A stretch of 63,982 bases of DNA, counting the filler, from Octopus bimaculoides (lineage: Eukaryota): assembly GCF_001194135.2 (NCBI RefSeq). It is 6 parts of 6 records of this genome, joined end to end, with 100 filler letters (N's around TTAATTAATTAA, not from the genome) between each part and the next. Parts side by side here need not be neighbours in the genome. Positions count along the whole stretch, not along the records: positions 61,004 to 62,476 come from NC_068990.1; positions 62,577 to 63,982 come from NC_068987.1; 4 more parts are not named here. The stretch is one strand, 5' to 3'. Of the stretch, positions 61,140 to 63,982 are shown piece by piece; positions within the stretch are counted from its first letter, which is position 1; every line of letters begins with the position of its first letter. The notes beneath the pieces are model-generated. The model ran no database searches and was not told the DNA's origin. It saw only the letters and a program-made list of their open reading frames with translations. A program made the position numbers and the translations under genes.

Positions 61140-62476
61140 AAAATAACCTAATGAGTATATCTGACAGTAAACTTAAAATATTAAAATAGTAAAAATAGTT
61201 TTTAAAAAGGACAATAGTTATTCAAATATATTTTCAAATAAAGAGTTGGATACTCAACATCGAGCAGTGTGGGCAATATCATTTCCTCTATAAATAATAA
61301 GAAATTAAATAATTATTATAATAGCATAATAAATAATAGCTCTAGCCGTAATATAATCTATAGTGATAGAAGACTTAATCAACATATAAAAAAATGTTCA
61401 TGTCGTGATAAGATTAAATGTAAGCTCTCTAATAATTGTAAAATAGATAATGTAATTTATAAATGTATAGTTAGCTCTAAGTAACAATAATAATAGAATT
61501 ATAAATAAGGCTTATATTGGATCTACAGTGAATGAAATTAAAAAAAGAATATCCCAACACTACCAGACCTTTAAAAATCTCAATTTAAGTAAGTCTACAG
61601 GATTAAGTAAATATATATGGGAATTAAAATCTAGAAAAAGAGAGTACGCTCTTAATTCGAATATTATAGGTAGAGCGCACTCCTGTATTATTGGGAATAA
61701 AATATGTTTATTATGCCTAACTGAATTCATGAAACTACTACAGTCTAGAGATGAATTACTAAGTACATATGATGAACGAGGAGTAAAATGTATGCACCGA
61801 AGTAATTTTACATTTTGTAAAATGAAGTACTGAGCCCCCAACGCCTGAATCAAATAACCACATAATTTTATTTCTAAAGAACTTGAATAGACCATATGAA
61901 TAAATTTTAAAAAAATGATAATGAAATAAATAAAAAAAATAATGCAATAATTTAAATAAAATGAATATATGAATTAAATATTACTAGAATTATATAATAA
62001 CAAATTAGATATAATTTGAAAATAATAATAGAGGATAATTTAAAATTAAAACTATGTATAGTGTTATTACCCCCCTTTGGTACTTATCAGTTATAAATAC
62101 CCATAGTTCCCTGCTATCTTCCTCAAATCACTATTTTAGTACCAGCAAAAAAAGTAAGATATGTATTTGAATTTTTCTTGTTATATATCAAATTTAAACA
62201 CAGGCATTTTTATTCTGATGTTTAATCTTATATCTCACATTCTGTATTTGACATACACTTGATTTTACATGATTGATATATATACTAATTCATATTTATA
62301 ATGTATAATTTATAAATTTTAATTCTTAATATTACAAAGTATAATTTTTATTCTTAATTTTTATTCTTAATTTCTAATTCATAATTTTTAATCTTTAACG
62401 CTTAATTGTATTGCTTATTTTTAAAGGGATGTAAAATTAGATATATAATATTTTGAAATAGAACCTGAAGAGATTT
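61140..62476 (+). mobile_element. Penelope-like element: decayed linker + GIY-YIG endonuclease, AT-rich 3' region
   Basis: FKKDNSYSNIF..SSVGNIISSINNKKL..CSCRDKIKCKLSNNCKIDNVIYKC..GYIGSTVNEIKKRISQHYQTF..STGLSKYIWELK..ICLLCLTE..KCMHR; in-frame stops present. Confidence 0.85.
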
Positions 62477-62576
62477 NNNNNNNNNNNNNNNNNNNNNNNN
62501 NNNNNNNNNNNNNNNNNNNNTTAATTAATTAANNNNNNNNNNNNNNNNNNNNNNNNNNNNNNNNNNNNNNNNNNNN

Positions 62577-62616
<40 letters not shown>

Positions 62617-63089
62617 TGTGTGTGTGTGTGGACAGATGTGTTGGTGATTGCGGTGGTGCGAAATGTTTGTTGAAGAATCAGGAACCTACAAATGGAAAGA
62701 CGATAGGTAATTTGTCTCCATTGATGCAGTTTTGATTTTTTCCTTCTCTCTTGTCTTTTCATATCTGACCCGTTTTGCCCTTCATTTTCTCCGCTTTCTC
62801 CTCTCGCCCTTTCTCTCTATTTCACACTCCACAAATATAAAACCACACCGACTCTATACGGTCTCTCGAACTGCTCGTAATAGCAGCTAAATCTCTTTCA
62901 AATTGTTTCCTGTTGCCTTCGAAAAGAGAGGACGATTAAACGATGTATTGTATTACCTGAAAAAAAAGAAAAAAGTCGGCAAGATGACGGCTTGAATGGC
63001 TCTGAGCATAACGTCAGCTTCGTTGGCATTGTCTTAGAGTTAAACAACGAAAAACTGCCTCATTTTTCTTCAAAGATGGAACTAGTTCT

Positions 63090-63449
63090 CTGTGTCTATC
63101 AATCTGTCTCTCTATCTTTTTGCTTGTCCGCCTGTCTATCGATCTGTCTATTTTTCAACCTACTTACCTACTTTCCTACCTGTCTATTGTCTGTCTATCT
63201 ATCTATCTATCTATCTATCTGTCTGTCTGTCTGTCAGTCAGCCTGTCTGTATATGTATACATATATCTATACACACACACATACCTTGTTATGTAATTAT
63301 CCACTTATCTCCCTCTCTCCCCCTCTCTCACAATCTATCTACCTACCTACCTACCTACCTTCCTACCTACCTATCTTCCTATCTATCTATTTATCTATCT
63401 ATCTGTCTGTCTATCTATCTACCTACCTATCTAGCTATCTATCTACCTC

Positions 63450-63480
<31 letters not shown>

Positions 63481-63490
63481 CAATTCTATC
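63090..63490. repeat. (TCTA/CCTA)n tetranucleotide tract
   Basis: Direct reading. Confidence 0.9.
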
Positions 63491-63982
63491 TTGATGTGTA
63501 TTTTCCAAATTCTACATAAGGGCACCTCTTTTCAAGGAGAAATGCATTGGTTCTGTGAGTCTTTCTCAAGCATTCTAGAAAAAGAATTACTTGAACGCAA
63601 CAAGTGTGAGTGAAGCAGCATTAGTACCAAAGAGAATCACTAAATGTCTCATAAATCGAAGATAAATTTAGTTCTGTTCACCAACCATTTATAAATGCAG
63701 ACACCATAGAAAGTATACAGATATAAATATACGTTGTTTTTTCTTTGTGACCAGAATACATGCTGCCTGTGTATAAAACGATTCCCAACCACTACCCCCA
63801 GGGCCTCATGTGGCCCTCAAGCATCCTTCCAGCAGCCCCCAACAGTCTTCTCTCTATTATTATAATCAGTTTTTCTTTAATTTACTTGTTTAACTTTCTG
63901 GGGGTTTAAGGCCACCCCACCCCCACCCCCACTCCGCACTGCCGCCGCCGCCGCCACCACAAAAGAATCCAGGTTTTGGATC

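Noticed and set aside
63900-63960. G-rich tract on the minus strand (GGGGT repeats, GGC repeats) as G-quadruplex or promoter
   Set aside because: Only three runs of three or more G, at the window edge, with no transcript context.

Overview
AT-rich, microsatellite-saturated eukaryotic DNA. The SINE and LINE families and the (TA)/(CA)/(TAA)/(GAT) load look like an octopod (coleoid cephalopod) genome; this is inference from repeat content. There are many N gaps, and five 100-bp joins (44 N + TTAATTAATTAA + 44 N) make the window a concatenation of at least six pieces. Nearly all ORFs in the supplied track are artefacts of microsatellites or N-runs. The only convincing host coding sequence is one 86-bp internal exon (55882-55967, minus) of a voltage-gated K+ channel beta subunit (KCNAB/Hyperkinetic-type aldo-keto reductase). 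No other exon of that gene could be recognised. The rest is repeats: three tRNA-derived SINE families, RTE LINE remnants, R4/Dong-type RLE retrotransposon ends sitting in (TAA)n, Penelope-like remnants, mariner/Tc1, hAT and Tigger remnants, a MITE, and 125-bp, 97-bp and ~150-bp tandem arrays. The most interesting unexplained structures are: (i) a cluster of four to five hammerhead-ribozyme-like folds at 9291-10200 (one plus, three to four minus; each has core or stem defects, so activity is uncertain); (ii) a G:U-biased ~130-nt hairpin at 29153-29281; (iii) a 90-bp near-perfect inverted repeat bracketing 1.15 kb at 39482-40635.
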